Assembly (NCBI GenBank): GCA_024704765.1 | Contig: JAKMXF010000315.1 | Span: 124,001-188,000, forward strand | Direction of reading: 5' to 3' | DNA from: Oopsacas minuta | Lineage: Eukaryota > Animalia > Porifera | DNA length: 64,000 nucleotides | In this document: one piece after another, positions 24,640 to 35,629 of the stretch | Layout: the number at the start of each line of letters is the position of its first letter | Numbering within the stretch: position 1 is the stretch's first letter | Translations under genes and position numbers: made by a program | The notes under the pieces: model-generated | The model's input: the letters and a program-made list of their open reading frames with translations, nothing else | The model's database searches: none | Told to the model about the DNA's origin: nothing

Positions 24640-27361
24640 CACTGCTCAACAAAAATTTTGTTGCATTTCTACCAACACTTGTTTTTACCTAATATTGGGG
24701 CGCTGAATCCGAATCCGACCTTAGTTTTTTTCCGCAAGCTCTAGATTTTTTGCAAATCGAGATTTTTAATTTTTTTGCACAAAATTCATATTTTTTGAAA
24801 AAGTGACATGATTTGTCAAATGATGTTCTGCTTACAGTTGAATAACTAGCCTCAAAACAAAAATAGTTGCCAAAAAACTTTTATGTTGCCAATAGAAATT
24901 GTATTTGTAGACAGATGGGCAACAAATGTTTTAAAAAATGTAAAAACAACAGTTTTGCTGGTAATTTGCATGTAAAAATTGATTTTTTTTTGCAAAATAA
25001 CGTAGAAAAGAACGATGGCAATCTACAATAGTAACTTAAAGCGATCAATGACAAGATGCAAAAGATTCAAATATTCTACAAATCTGGACAAAATTTCCTC
25101 TTATAACTTCTGCGTTTGTACGCTTTGTGAGGACAGTCACGTTTAATGCCCCAACAATAGTCTGCCATCATATGTCGATCCCATCGACCTTGGTAACGTT
25201 CTTCCACTGTCATAAGATCCTGGTGGAAACGCTCTCCCTGTTCGTCACTGACAGCCCCAAGGTTTTCAGGGAATTTGTCCTGGTGGCTGTACAGAAAATG
25301 TACTTTTATGCTCATGTTGCATCCCAAATCACGAAACCCTGAGAGCATCTTGGATACAAGCATTTCATAGTTTGGAGCTTTTCTGTTACCAAGAAAGTTC
25401 TGTATAACATCCACAAAAGATAGCCATGCAGCTTTCTCCCTGACATTCATTTTCTGAATGAAGTTTTTGTCGCGAATAAGTGTACGTATCTGTGGTCCAT
25501 CAAACACTCCTGCTTTGATTTTATCATATGACAAAGCAGGGAAAGTATACACAAGATGATGAAAGGATTCATTGTCAGGATTTAGGGCTTTAACGAACTG
25601 TTTCATCAGACCTAGCTTGATGTGCAGGGGTGGAAAAACAATTTTGTCTCTGCTTACGATCGGGTCGTGTGTTACGTTAGGCATGCCAGCTTGAAATGTT
25701 TCACGTAAGGGCCACTCCTTCTGTATCCAATGTTTTTCACGTGCTCTGCTGTCCCACATGCACAGATAACATGGAAATTTAGTGTATCCTTTTTGCTGAC
25801 CTAGCAGAAAACTAACCATTTTGAGGTCAACACAAATGATCCAGTTGTGATCATGATATCCGAGTAAATCCATAACAATTCTAATGTCATCATGCTGTTC
25901 CTTCAAGACAGTGGAGTGACCAACTGGAACAGCTCCATAAACATTTCCATTGTGTAAAAGAACACACTTGAGGCTGCGCTTGGAACTGTCCAAAAACAAT
26001 CGCCATTCTCCTGGATCATATGAGGAGATACCCAGTTGTCCGAGAAGACCAGGAATATCGTTGCAATATACCAGCTTATTTTCCACTGAAAAATAGGGTA
26101 GAAGGAGTTCTTCTCTTTTTCGAAAAAAGGAAACCTTTACAGATTGATCCAGCACCTGTTTTTCTTTGAGCCTGGAGGCTAAGAGCTCAGCTGCTTGCTT
26201 GGGCAGATCTAAATCACGTACTAAGTCATTCAGTTCTGATTGATTAAACTGCTGGACAGTTACTCTGGTTTCACGAGAAGAATCTTCAGATTCTGATTCT
26301 GTGTCTGTTTTTTGATATTCCATTTCTACGATCTCTTCCCTTTCCAATTTAGTTTCTCCATCATCAGGAAAAGCAAAAGCACTAAAGACCGGAGGAGGAA
26401 GTCTATCAGAGTGCGGGACAGGTCGCATAGCTGATGGTATACTAGGATAAGAAAGCGTTTGTCGGCTCTTCTTGCCAACACCTTTTGTATTGACCATGCA
26501 AAAGTAGCAGTCAGTCGTGTGGTTTTGGGGTTCACGCCACACCATTGGAATGGCAAAAGGCAGACCCTTCCGCTTTCCTTTTGTCCAGTCTCGGAGCATT
26601 TCTTCGCAGTTATGGCACACAATATGAGGAGACCATTTCTTATCTTGATCACCAAGAGGGATACCAAAGTATGCTATGTAGGCACGCTTCACAAACGATG
26701 TTATATTTCGTCTTTGACGCGAAAGCGTATACACACCACAGATGTAACAAAATGAATCAGGGTTATTATTGCATTTATGTCTACTAGAAGAAGCCATGAT
26801 CAAATCTGAAGAGTTAAGAATCGAAAGAAAGTCTGTTGATATCTATGTAACTTAACACAAACAAACTGAATAACAAAACCTTGGTTCTAATTAAGGCTAC
26901 CAGCAGACGAGCGGAAAAATACAGCTTAAATGCCTATTCTGCTGCATCTATCCACGATACTTCACTACAATCACTTAGGGTTGTTTGAATTAAATCATTT
27001 CAAAAAAATCAACATGATGATTTTTGATTTATTTAAATTTTGACACTTCGCTAATAGTGTCATGTTTTCAGAGAACAATAGAGTGGTGCTTTTGTTTTCA
27101 ATAGATTGAAGCCATTACTAAATCATAGTAACAGCTGCAATCTAAGAAAAATGGCTTGATAGATAAAAAGTATTTGGTGGAGATCAGATTTATGTACTAA
27201 ATAAGTACCACAAACGAAAAAATTTAAATTGTCGATTGCATGAAAACTAGAGCATGCAGAAAGAAACTGATTGCAGATTTGAAATCAGCATCCCAAAATT
27301 ATATAGAATCAATTGAAAAATCTCATGCAACAAAAAATGAAAAAAAAATTGTTGAGCAGTG
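24640..27361 (-). mobile_element. Apparently intact Chapaev3-type (CMC) transposon A, innermost layer
   Basis: Termini CACTGCTCAACAA / TTGTTGAGCAGTG, perfect TTA TSD (24637-24639, 27362-27364), subterminal inverted block (~24695-24760 vs ~27235-27300), single uninterrupted ORF. Confidence 0.96.
25076..26803 (-). CDS. Chapaev3-type DDE transposase, 575 aa, uninterrupted
   Basis: N-terminal Cys/His zinc region (CNNNPDSFCYICG, PHIVCHNC, WREPQNHTTDCYFC). Catalytic-type motifs LFLDSSKRSLK, CVDLKMV and SDEQGERFHQD. Also PPLHIKLGLMKQFVKAL. Ends KRKFCPDL*. Confidence 0.95.
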   Translation of the reverse strand: MIMASSSRHKCNNNPDSFCYICGVYTLSRQRRNITSFVKRAYIAYFGIPLGDQDKKWSPHIVCHNCEEMLRDWTKGKRKGLPFAIPMVWREPQNHTTDCYFCMVNTKGVGKKSRQTLSYPSIPSAMRPVPHSDRLPPPVFSAFAFPDDGETKLEREEIVEMEYQKTDTESESEDSSRETRVTVQQFNQSELNDLVRDLDLPKQAAELLASRLKEKQVLDQSVKVSFFRKREELLLPYFSVENKLVYCNDIPGLLGQLGISSYDPGEWRLFLDSSKRSLKCVLLHNGNVYGAVPVGHSTVLKEQHDDIRIVMDLLGYHDHNWIICVDLKMVSFLLGQQKGYTKFPCYLCMWDSRAREKHWIQKEWPLRETFQAGMPNVTHDPIVSRDKIVFPPLHIKLGLMKQFVKALNPDNESFHHLVYTFPALSYDKIKAGVFDGPQIRTLIRDKNFIQKMNVREKAAWLSFVDVIQNFLGNRKAPNYEMLVSKMLSGFRDLGCNMSIKVHFLYSHQDKFPENLGAVSDEQGERFHQDLMTVEERYQGRWDRHMMADYCWGIKRDCPHKAYKRRSYKRKFCPDL

Positions 27362-27434
27362 TTATCATTTCATAGAAAAGTAGAATAAATTATAAGTTAA
27401 GTGTCCTCTTTACCTCACTAAATATTTTTCTTAG

Positions 27435-27620
27435 CATTATTCTAAGAATTGAGTTGTATTCTAAGAATTTGACTTAAGAATTTTAGTTAATACCATTTTT
27501 ATAAATTCTAAGAATAAGACTTAGGTGTTGGGAAATTCTAAGAATTATTCTAAGAATTAGTCTAATTCTAAGAATTTGACTTAAAGTTAAGCAAAATTCT
27601 AAGAATTTGACTTAAGAATT
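27435..27620. repeat. Right subterminal array of AATTCTAAGAATT motifs of the Harbinger
   Basis: About seven copies with irregular spacers, directly inside the right TIR. Confidence 0.85.
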
Positions 27621-27635
27621 TTAGTTAATAAGGCC

Positions 27636-29061
27636 CTGATCTCTTTCATTCCATAAGTACCCTTTCACAACCGAGACAAAGGCTTGACATGCATCATACT
27701 CAGTATCCATCATATACCCAGTGAATTCCAGATCTTTCATCAATTTTCGGATATCTGGGCCAGTGAAGATACCAGATTTGATCTTGTCATCACTCAGCCC
27801 CTGGAATCGTGAGCGAAGGTATTTAAAACAATAATCGTCTTTGTTAAGAGCTTTTACGAATTGCTTACGTAATTAACCCGAGTTTAATATTCAAAGGAGG
27901 GAAAACAATCTTTTCCGCTGCACCAGTGCTTCGCTAATCACGTTTGCACTACCACAATCACTTTTTGTCTTTTAGGTCACTCCTTTCTGATCCAATGTTC
28001 ATTCTTCGCTCTGCTATCCCACATACACAAAAAACAAGGATACTATGTGTACCCACTTTGTTGTCCGAGAAGAATGCAAAGCATTTTTAGATCGACACAG
28101 ATGATGCACTATTGCTTATCGTAGCTAATTAATTGTAAAACAAAGTTGACATTTTTATATTTTCCAGTTAATATCACAGAATGAGCAAGGGGTAGTGAGC
28201 CAAACTTATTATAATTATGAAGTAAGGCAACTTTAAAACTTCTTTTTGAGCTGTCAATAAATAATCTCCAGTCATTTGAATCATATAACGTACGACCAAG
28301 TTCTTTTAACAGGCCCTCAATTTCACAACAGTATACACAATATTCACTTTGAGTAAAATATGGTAAGAACTGCTGTTCTCTATCACGATAATAAGAAATC
28401 TTGGTGAAGGAAGAAAACAAATTCTTTTGATAAAGCCTAGATCCTAGTATATTTGAAGCAGCTTTTGACAATGTAAGGTCACGAACTAAGTCATTTAACT
28501 TTTCCTGACTAAATGTTTGAAGTGGTTTAGATGGTATAAAGTCAACATCTCTAGTCTCATCAGGTGACTCCATATCTACACTAATTTCTGGATCTGGATC
28601 AGGCAAACTTTGATAACAATAAGTTATTAAAGGTTCAGGTTCAGGTGTTTTCAAAATTGGAATCGGAAATTCATCACTATGTGGAACCGGGCTAATCACG
28701 GGAGGTATAGAAGGATACTGTATTTTTGATTTATCCTTTTGATTGAAACCAAGTGTTTTGACAATACAAAATTGGCAATCATCAATATGATTTGTCGGTT
28801 CCCTCCACAACATAGGAATTCCAAATGGCAACGAGATTAATTTGTACGTAACCAGTTATATATATTCATAAAGCATTTCTGACATAATATATGGGGTGAC
28901 CACTCTTTATCTTGGCTGTGCGATTGCATTCCAAAATACGCAAAGTATGAATTCTGTACTGTAACATCTATCGCTCGTTTCTGTGTTTGGAATGTAAACT
29001 CACCACAAATATAGCAGAAACTATTTGGATCATTGGAACATTTCCCCCTTGAAGAGGCCAT
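27636..29061 (-). pseudogene. Chapaev3-type transposase B, 5' part (3' part at ~21930-22035)
   Basis: MASSRGKCSNDPNSFCYICG, PFGIPMLWREPTNHIDDCQFC, WRLFIDSSKRS, KQFVKAL..GIFTGPDIR. The frame resumes left of the Harbinger as NERD|QDYV..LGCNVIIKIHF. Confidence 0.9.
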
Positions 29062-29412
29062 AGTATATTATTTCGCAAAAAGGCAAAATTTTGTTAATGA
29101 ATATGATACTGCGTGTCAATTACTATAATATTATTATATAGTCCATACTATGTATTGTTAAATCATGAAATTTTGATTTCCTTTCATCATATATTCGTTT
29201 TGTGAATATATGAATGTCAACTACAATAACTGATATTCCAACTTGAGGCGACTAGGTTAAAATTCAATATTGAGAAAAATTACAAAAGATACAATATCAA
29301 AATATCTTGACGTGATGGGCAAAACGTACTCTGTTTTTGGCCGCAACTGACAAGAATTAGTTAGAAAACGTCGAAGGTATGGTTTGTGTATAAATGCTGT
29401 TGCCCAGTATTA

Positions 29413-29670
29413 TTAACTCATAGTACAGAGTTTGCCAGAGATAGTGCTGATAGTTTTGGGATGAAAGAATTTTCTGAGGAAGCTTCCCAAACATGTAATA
29501 TGCTGATTCGAAAATATCGTGAACATTTGGCTTGAAAAATTCATTCATGCTAAATACTAGGGGGACATAATCATTCGTCACACTTCTCAAAGCAACCCTG
29601 CATTAACAAACTTTAGACACTTGGTTGTTTGTAAAAGTGTAGAGAATTGAGCCATATTTGAAAGCTCAAT
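29413..29670 (+). pseudogene. RAG1-core-like/Transib transposase, 3' part
   Basis: Removing 21623-29412 rejoins TPSLHKL|LTHSTE in frame. It continues with FSEEASQTCNMLIRKYREHLA*K, DIIIRHTSQSNP, and a frameshifted C-K-x-C-R-E-L-S-H tail. Confidence 0.8.
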
Positions 29671-30239
29671 TACAAAGCTCCCGCTCCCTATACCGAACAA
29701 AATAATGTATTTTATTCTCTGCTTGTATAGATAGTATTTTGTATAAATAAACAATACATTTAGGTGCTTGAAATACTTAAAAAATACCACTTAGGAAGAT
29801 TTCTCGAAAAATTAAATTTTACTGACGCCATCATTTGGTCATAACCTCACTTGAAGTGATTTTACAAAAAATTGGAGTAGTTATATCAATTCCTTAGGGC
29901 AATTATCCTATATGCAAATAATACAAAATGTAGGTGTGAGAGACATAGAAATCTCTATTGCCCTCGAATGCCGTTTTTCCACTGTGGCATGGCATATGCT
30001 TACTGATAATGGCCAACCGTATAATGATTGGCCTTTTTCATTTCCTTGGTACAGGAGGCGTACAGGGATTTAGTAGAATTGTATTTGAATTTTGAAGAGA
30101 CCAACATTAAGTGACCATGAGTATAATAATCTAAACTCATTAAGTTAAGTGCACTATGTTGTGTAAAAAAACAGTATATATTTAAGCGTAGAAGGATTTC
30201 CTGTACAGCCCATATACTAACATCTTTTCCCCTTTCCAA

Positions 30240-32480
30240 ATTATTCAAGTGTATAATGACTTTCTGAACGCGCGCACGGAGTGTCACAATCACCCAAAAT
30301 CATCCAAAGAAAACCGTAAGACCAGTTTTTTAACTCTGATTGAATCAGCATTCAGAAAAGTATTTACAACTCTAGAAAATTCGTTGTATTATTTTGAATT
30401 TTCGATGTGGAATATTTCAAAACGACCATTTGTAAATTGTGAATTTATTAAGCCGGTTTATTTGAATAACGAATGTTTATTGTAACAAAACCTTGTTAAT
30501 TTATCTCCTTATTATATACTATATTCTGTCTTAAATTTAGTTTTTCTTCATTTATACCCTATTTTGATATCCCTGCTTAGTTTTAGTTGCCTATTTTTAC
30601 AGATATTCGTTTTACAATCTTATATTATTACTCTTGCATTAGTTTTGAGTTCCACTTAGGTTGATATTTTGACACTAGGATTTCTAAGATTGTTGGGGTT
30701 TGAACACTGTTTATAATATCGAAATGTTCGAATTTCCTTAATGGTTGGAGAAATGCTATAAACCCCGTATTTTTCTATACATTTCCACGTTACTCGTGTT
30801 ATTATATTCTCGTAATTTCTTCTGGCATTTAGAAAGTCTTTTAACTAATCACTCGGCTTCATGGCTTGTAAGAACAATCAATTTTGTTATTGTTGCGCTA
30901 TGAATTTTCCATCGAGTTTGAGATAAATTACAAAGAGTGTTGTCAGTTCCACGAAATACCTTGGATTGGGAGATATACTGAGTGGTGGCGGAATACCAAA
31001 TAAACTGTACTCGACCTGTTCGATAAATGTTAACACATTAGGGCAGTCATGTTTACAAAAAGTTAGACAGACAAGTACAACGATGTTTAGAAATGTTGAG
31101 TGGAAGAACCAAAAATGTTGGATAATTCGTTCAAGTACTTGTTGCAGCAAAGGATTTAACAATCCAAAATGTTGGTATTGTTCTAACGCACAAGTCTTTA
31201 ATAATAGAGGTTACCGAGACTATTTCATTAAAATTGAACTTAATGGGAATGAAGATTCTGAAGATGAAATATGTCAATGGAGAGACAGGGGTCGTATGAC
31301 CAGTGGTATTTTTATGGCTGCTAATTATCCTCATTCTCACTGTATGATTTCTTAGATATGATAGAAAATACATTGCCTCTTAAACTAAGCATAGTAGTGA
31401 ACAAAAACTTCTGAAAATTCTCATCCGGCGAAGATTTGTACCTACTTCCCTACACAAACTTCACGAACAAGTATACCCCCTTACTATGCAGCAATAACCT
31501 CAGCTAAAGAATCTCGAGACTCAATTTCTGCAATGTTATCAAAGCCGCAGGGTATTGTTGAAGATTTGAAATTATTTTAAGTGCAGATATAAAGTGCATG
31601 TAACTTATTCTTGCATCAGCAATAATGCATGCTCTTGGTGTATGATTACTTCAAAGGTCATTGATGGTCGGCCTAGATATAATCTTTTCTCTATAGAAGG
31701 ACCTAGAATGGATTCATTAGCAATGGAACACCTCAAACTGGTCAAAAAGAATAAGCATTTCAAAGGCAAGAAATTCCCTCCTCTTTTGAATATTACAAAC
31801 CCATCGAAATCACTAACTCTACCTGTACTCCACTGTGGGATGGGTTTGTGTAGACAAGTTACTGATCCCACTGCAAGTCATATTTCCAATAACGATTTTG
31901 AATCATTCATTGCAACTACATATAAATTGTACCCATACAAGCATAGAGGCAGTCCACATTACAGAAGACAAATGTATTACGTGTTACTAGTAAAGAGGTT
32001 ATTTCGTTAGCTTGACATTCCAGGAGAGATAACGAGCCATGGATCAAAGCAGGCATCAACATTCGTGTCCCTGAAGTTCTCTCATTGTGGGAAGATATCA
32101 AGGATCTACTGGCTTGTCGAGAACCTAACAAAATTGGCCCCTTGCATGTAAGAGAAAAAAGATTGGAAAACTTACTATTCTCTATGATAATTCAGATTTT
32201 CAGCCAACATTGACACTACATATCACCTGTCAGCAATCACCAGATTTCGTAGATATTTGGGCACAGTTTGGCGGTATATGGTCCCTGTCGAAAGTAACCA
32301 TAGGGTCAAGTCATGGCGTTATATAGAAGCTAGGAGAGGCCCATGGTATTACTGGTTCGTAGTCTGATCTAACTTCAGATCAATTAGCCAAAATAAATGC
32401 CAAGAGTAACCAAGTTCGTCACATTAAAAAAATTGTTCGAAACTAACCCCAAGACCCAAAAGAATGTGCACATTAAAGAA
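30240..32480 (+). pseudogene. Decayed Chapaev/RAG1-related DDE transposase (family uncertain)
   Basis: Fragments in order: GIPNKLYSTC, RDRGRMTSGIFMAANYPHS, ACSWCMIT...PPLLNI...LPVLHCGMGL, and PTLTLHI..QSPDFVDIWAQFGG (resembles T.K.H.L..H...F...WG..G..SE). Many stops; termini not found. Confidence 0.45.
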
Positions 32481-32575
32481 TAGATATCCTGAGGTTTCAG
32501 AGGATATATGAATGTATCAATTTCTAGTATATTATTCTCACCCTTGATTTGAATTGTTAGAGAAATAAGCATATA

Positions 32576-33477
32576 CAGTCAGGGGACAAAAGTATTCAAA
32601 CACACAAATATATTGTCATAAATTGTACACTCTTTACCACTCCTATATACTGTGTGGTCTATATTCGAGCTGCTATCTAGTAATTTATATAGAATAACAT
32701 GTTTTTCACGAATTTCAAAAAAATATTTTCGATTTACACTTTTTGAAGGTGTTAATTATTAATAATTATCCCTTAATTATTGATATTCAAAATATGTGAT
32801 AATTCAAAGCCTATTAAGAATCTACAATTCCTGACTTGATATTTGAATTCTACGTAGGCGAGTTACCCCAGATTAAAATTTCCAATGGGATTGAACAATT
32901 TTTACCAAAGTTATAGAAGAATTTCAATTTGTGCCACTTGTTGCAAAAAGTGGCACCGGTGGCAGGAAAAAGCGCCACTACAACCAAATCAACTAGGGTT
33001 AGGAGGAATAAGTCATAGTAATATTTTCGAATATCATGACTATGCTAACCCTTGAAATACAAAATAACCTCTTGGTAGCGGCCACTTGTGCCACCTCTGG
33101 CAAAAGGTGGCACAAATGGCACAAATTGAAATTCTTCTATAAGTTTGGTAAAAATTACTCAATCCCATTGAAAACTTTAATCTGGGATAACTCGCCTAAG
33201 TAGAATTCAAATATCAAGTTAGAAATTATAGATTCTTAATAGGTTTTGAATTACCACATATTTTGATTATCAATAATTATCTAATAATTATTAATAATAA
33301 ATACCTTCAAAAAGTGTAAATCGAAAATATCTTTGAAATTCTTGAAAAACATATGTTATTCTATACAAATTACTAAATAGCAGCTACGAATATAGACTCA
33401 CAATATATAGGAGCGGGAAAGAGTATACAATTTATGACAATATATTTGTGGGTTCAAATACTTTTGTCCCCTGACTG
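32576..33477. mobile_element. ~900-bp palindromic MITE, copy 3 (same orientation as copy 2)
   Basis: CAGTCAGGGGACAAAAG...CTTTTGTCCCCTGACTG. Left TA present, right flank GA. Confidence 0.95.
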
Positions 33478-34329
33478 GAGATACATACACTTGAAACTAC
33501 ATGGTTGTCAATATGAATTTTACAGTTAGCCTCATAAATTTGTAGAGAAATTTACAACCATTGGATTGGTTCTGTTCATGGCCAAGTTACCCTATTTAAA
33601 CTTAACCGATAGCTCTATTAAGCGGAGTCTATATTTGTTTAATATTATTTTCTGACTGACAAATGCTAATATTTTGGTCTACATATAACTATCATTATTA
33701 GATTTGGGATGTTATGAAAACCTTAGCTCTCTCGAGTACTATACACACAATATCAATACCATCCATCTTACAATATAAAATTCAAAAAAACAGTAAAGTG
33801 TTCGAGGACTAGAGGGCTAGATAAACTAAAAATGAATGAATTAGAACCTGGCGTAGAAAATTCAAAATTTGCAAATTGTTTTGTACTAAATATTCCACGT
33901 CAAAATGAAAAAATAATATAACAAATTTTCTAGCTGAGTAAACACTGTTCTGAATGCAGATTCGTAATCAACGTGAAAACTGGGTAAACTGTTTTTGGGA
34001 TGATTTTGGGTGATTGTAACACCCCGTGCGCGCGAGCGTAGAGAGTAAGAGAAGTATTATGCGTGTACAGTGTACAGAGTTCTGGCAGATGAAAAGAAGA
34101 AAGGAGAGCTCTAAACAGGAATATTATACTTTGCAGGCATGAAATATGTAATACTGTAGAATATTCGCATGAAGGCTTGTATCAAGTACATATATGAGAA
34201 ACGCTATTGAAAATTTCAGGCTGTTAAAGAAGTATTCGGTACATAGTGAGACAAAATTTTGTGAGTACGGGCCTGGGGGATTTAGGCCCCCAGGGCACAA
34301 TATCGAAGCCACTGCGTATAATTATGCGA

Positions 34330-34540
34330 CAAGGTGGGGATGACGGTCTAGGTTTAGGTCCGGAATTTCCTCCTCAATCTGAATTTACATCTCAGACAGC
34401 AGTTAATCCAACTTATCCAAGGATATCGCAAGTACTCAACTCACTTGGATTGTATCAAACACATCTCAAGAACTAGATTGTCTTCCAATTGATAAGCGCA
34501 TGGAACAACCTCAAAAGCGTTGTTTCAATGGAAATACTAT
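34330..34540 (+). mobile_element. Possible LINE (CR1/L2-like) 3'-end fragment
   Basis: FQLISAWNNLKSVV resembles the LINE ORF2 C-terminal F..R...WN.LP..VV motif. A similar fragment (TMWNILT) lies on the minus strand near 50860-50910. Confidence 0.3.
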
Positions 34541-35629
34541 CTATTTGGCTGCATCATTGGCCCCGTATATCGGAAACAACACTCTGCTTACCATTTTTAA
34601 GGTATTTTATACACTACACATTCATAATTTACAATTTCTTTGGAGTTTAACAAGGGCTTAGTGGTCCGCAATTAGAAAATTTCAATTACAGATTTCAATA
34701 GTATTTTCCGGTTATTCAAGAAAGGTTTCCGATAAGTGTACTTCATATAAGTCTAGAGTAGGGGCTTCGGGTGGCTTTGAAATCTGGGGTGGCACAATTC
34801 AATCTATTCTGCAACAAATTCAGTTTGAGGGTCTATGGGCGCTGGAAACAATCAGTAAGGTCCAGGACCGAAACCCATAACAAGAAATATCGTTTGATTT
34901 CAATTAGTCCAGAATGTCCACATTTTTCTAGTCTCTTGGAGTAATCTGCAGTTTACTAATTACCATACTCCAATACCAAAGTAGGTATAATAACATACTA
35001 CCTAGCTGGACTCGTGCTACTAGGTGAAATTTCCCATATTTGGGTCTGATGCTCTTCTGGCCACAGAGCTAGATTAATACAATGCAAATCGATATATGTA
35101 AGTGATAATTAGTGCAGGTCCGTGAGGAGATGCCCTAGTGGATTCATTAGCATAATTATTTCTACACCTAATAAAGAGTACTTAGTACTCACAGTCAAAC
35201 TTGTCTAAAACGGCACCAATGGGACAGGCTCAATGTGGCCATTTTTGTACAGGTGACCACTATATAAGGATCGATTAATATTGAAAATAGTTCCACGGGA
35301 ATACACTTAGTTGACCGATATTACCAGGTGACAGTTATACAAAGTGGCCGTTAAGGAACAATGATGAAACTCTCCGAAAGATACAGAGACAATATGGAGA
35401 GTGTATTTTGGAAAATCACTTAATTGAAAAAGGACTCGAGGCCTGGTTCAATCAAAAATTAGTACAATAAGTTGGAAATCCAGAAACAGGTCGAGCACAT
35501 TTTAACAAATCATAATCATTCAACCATTGAAAGGGCTCGAGCACCCCTAGTCTGCTTTCGAATCCGTAGAGCTAATGCAGAAATATTGTTGTAAAGTCCA
35601 TCGATGGGGAACGAGCCCAGAAATGAACA

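Larger units (their letters stand above)
22036..27636 (+). mobile_element. PIF/Harbinger element with two convergent genes, third layer of the nest
   Basis: TIRs GGGCCTTATTAACTAAAATTCT at both ends. The empty site ATAATCCTGATCTCT restores the Chapaev3-B frame, with a 3-bp TSD read as CTG (or TGA with one base lost). Net size ~2.9 kb without the Chapaev3-A insert. Confidence 0.92.
21623..29409 (-). mobile_element. Decayed Chapaev3-type (CMC) element B, second layer of the nest
   Basis: TTA TSD at 21620-21622 and 29410-29412. Degenerate CAC-type termini (CCCAGGGCTAC / GTTGCCCAGTA). Subterminal inverted similarity (ATACACAAAC, AATTCTTGT, CCA.CACG.CA.GAT). Confidence 0.83.
19236..29986 (+). mobile_element. 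RAG1-like/Transib-type transposon remnant (outer layer of the nest); left boundary tentative
   Basis: The right terminus reads CACAGTGGAAAAACGG on the minus strand (CACTGTG at 29980-29986). Candidate left end CGCAGTGGGAAAA at 19236. No matching 5-bp TSD. The transposase pseudogene is split at 21622/29413. Confidence 0.6.

Noticed and set aside
27435-27620. CRISPR-like or satellite reading of the AATTCTAAGAATT array
   Set aside because: The repeats are only 13 bp, spacers are irregular and very short, there are no cas genes, and the array is mirrored at the other end of a Harbinger element.
29670-29986. RAG2-like partner gene or complete RSS (heptamer-spacer-nonamer)
   Set aside because: There is no ORF space or kelch/PHD signal, and no nonamer at 12- or 23-bp spacing.
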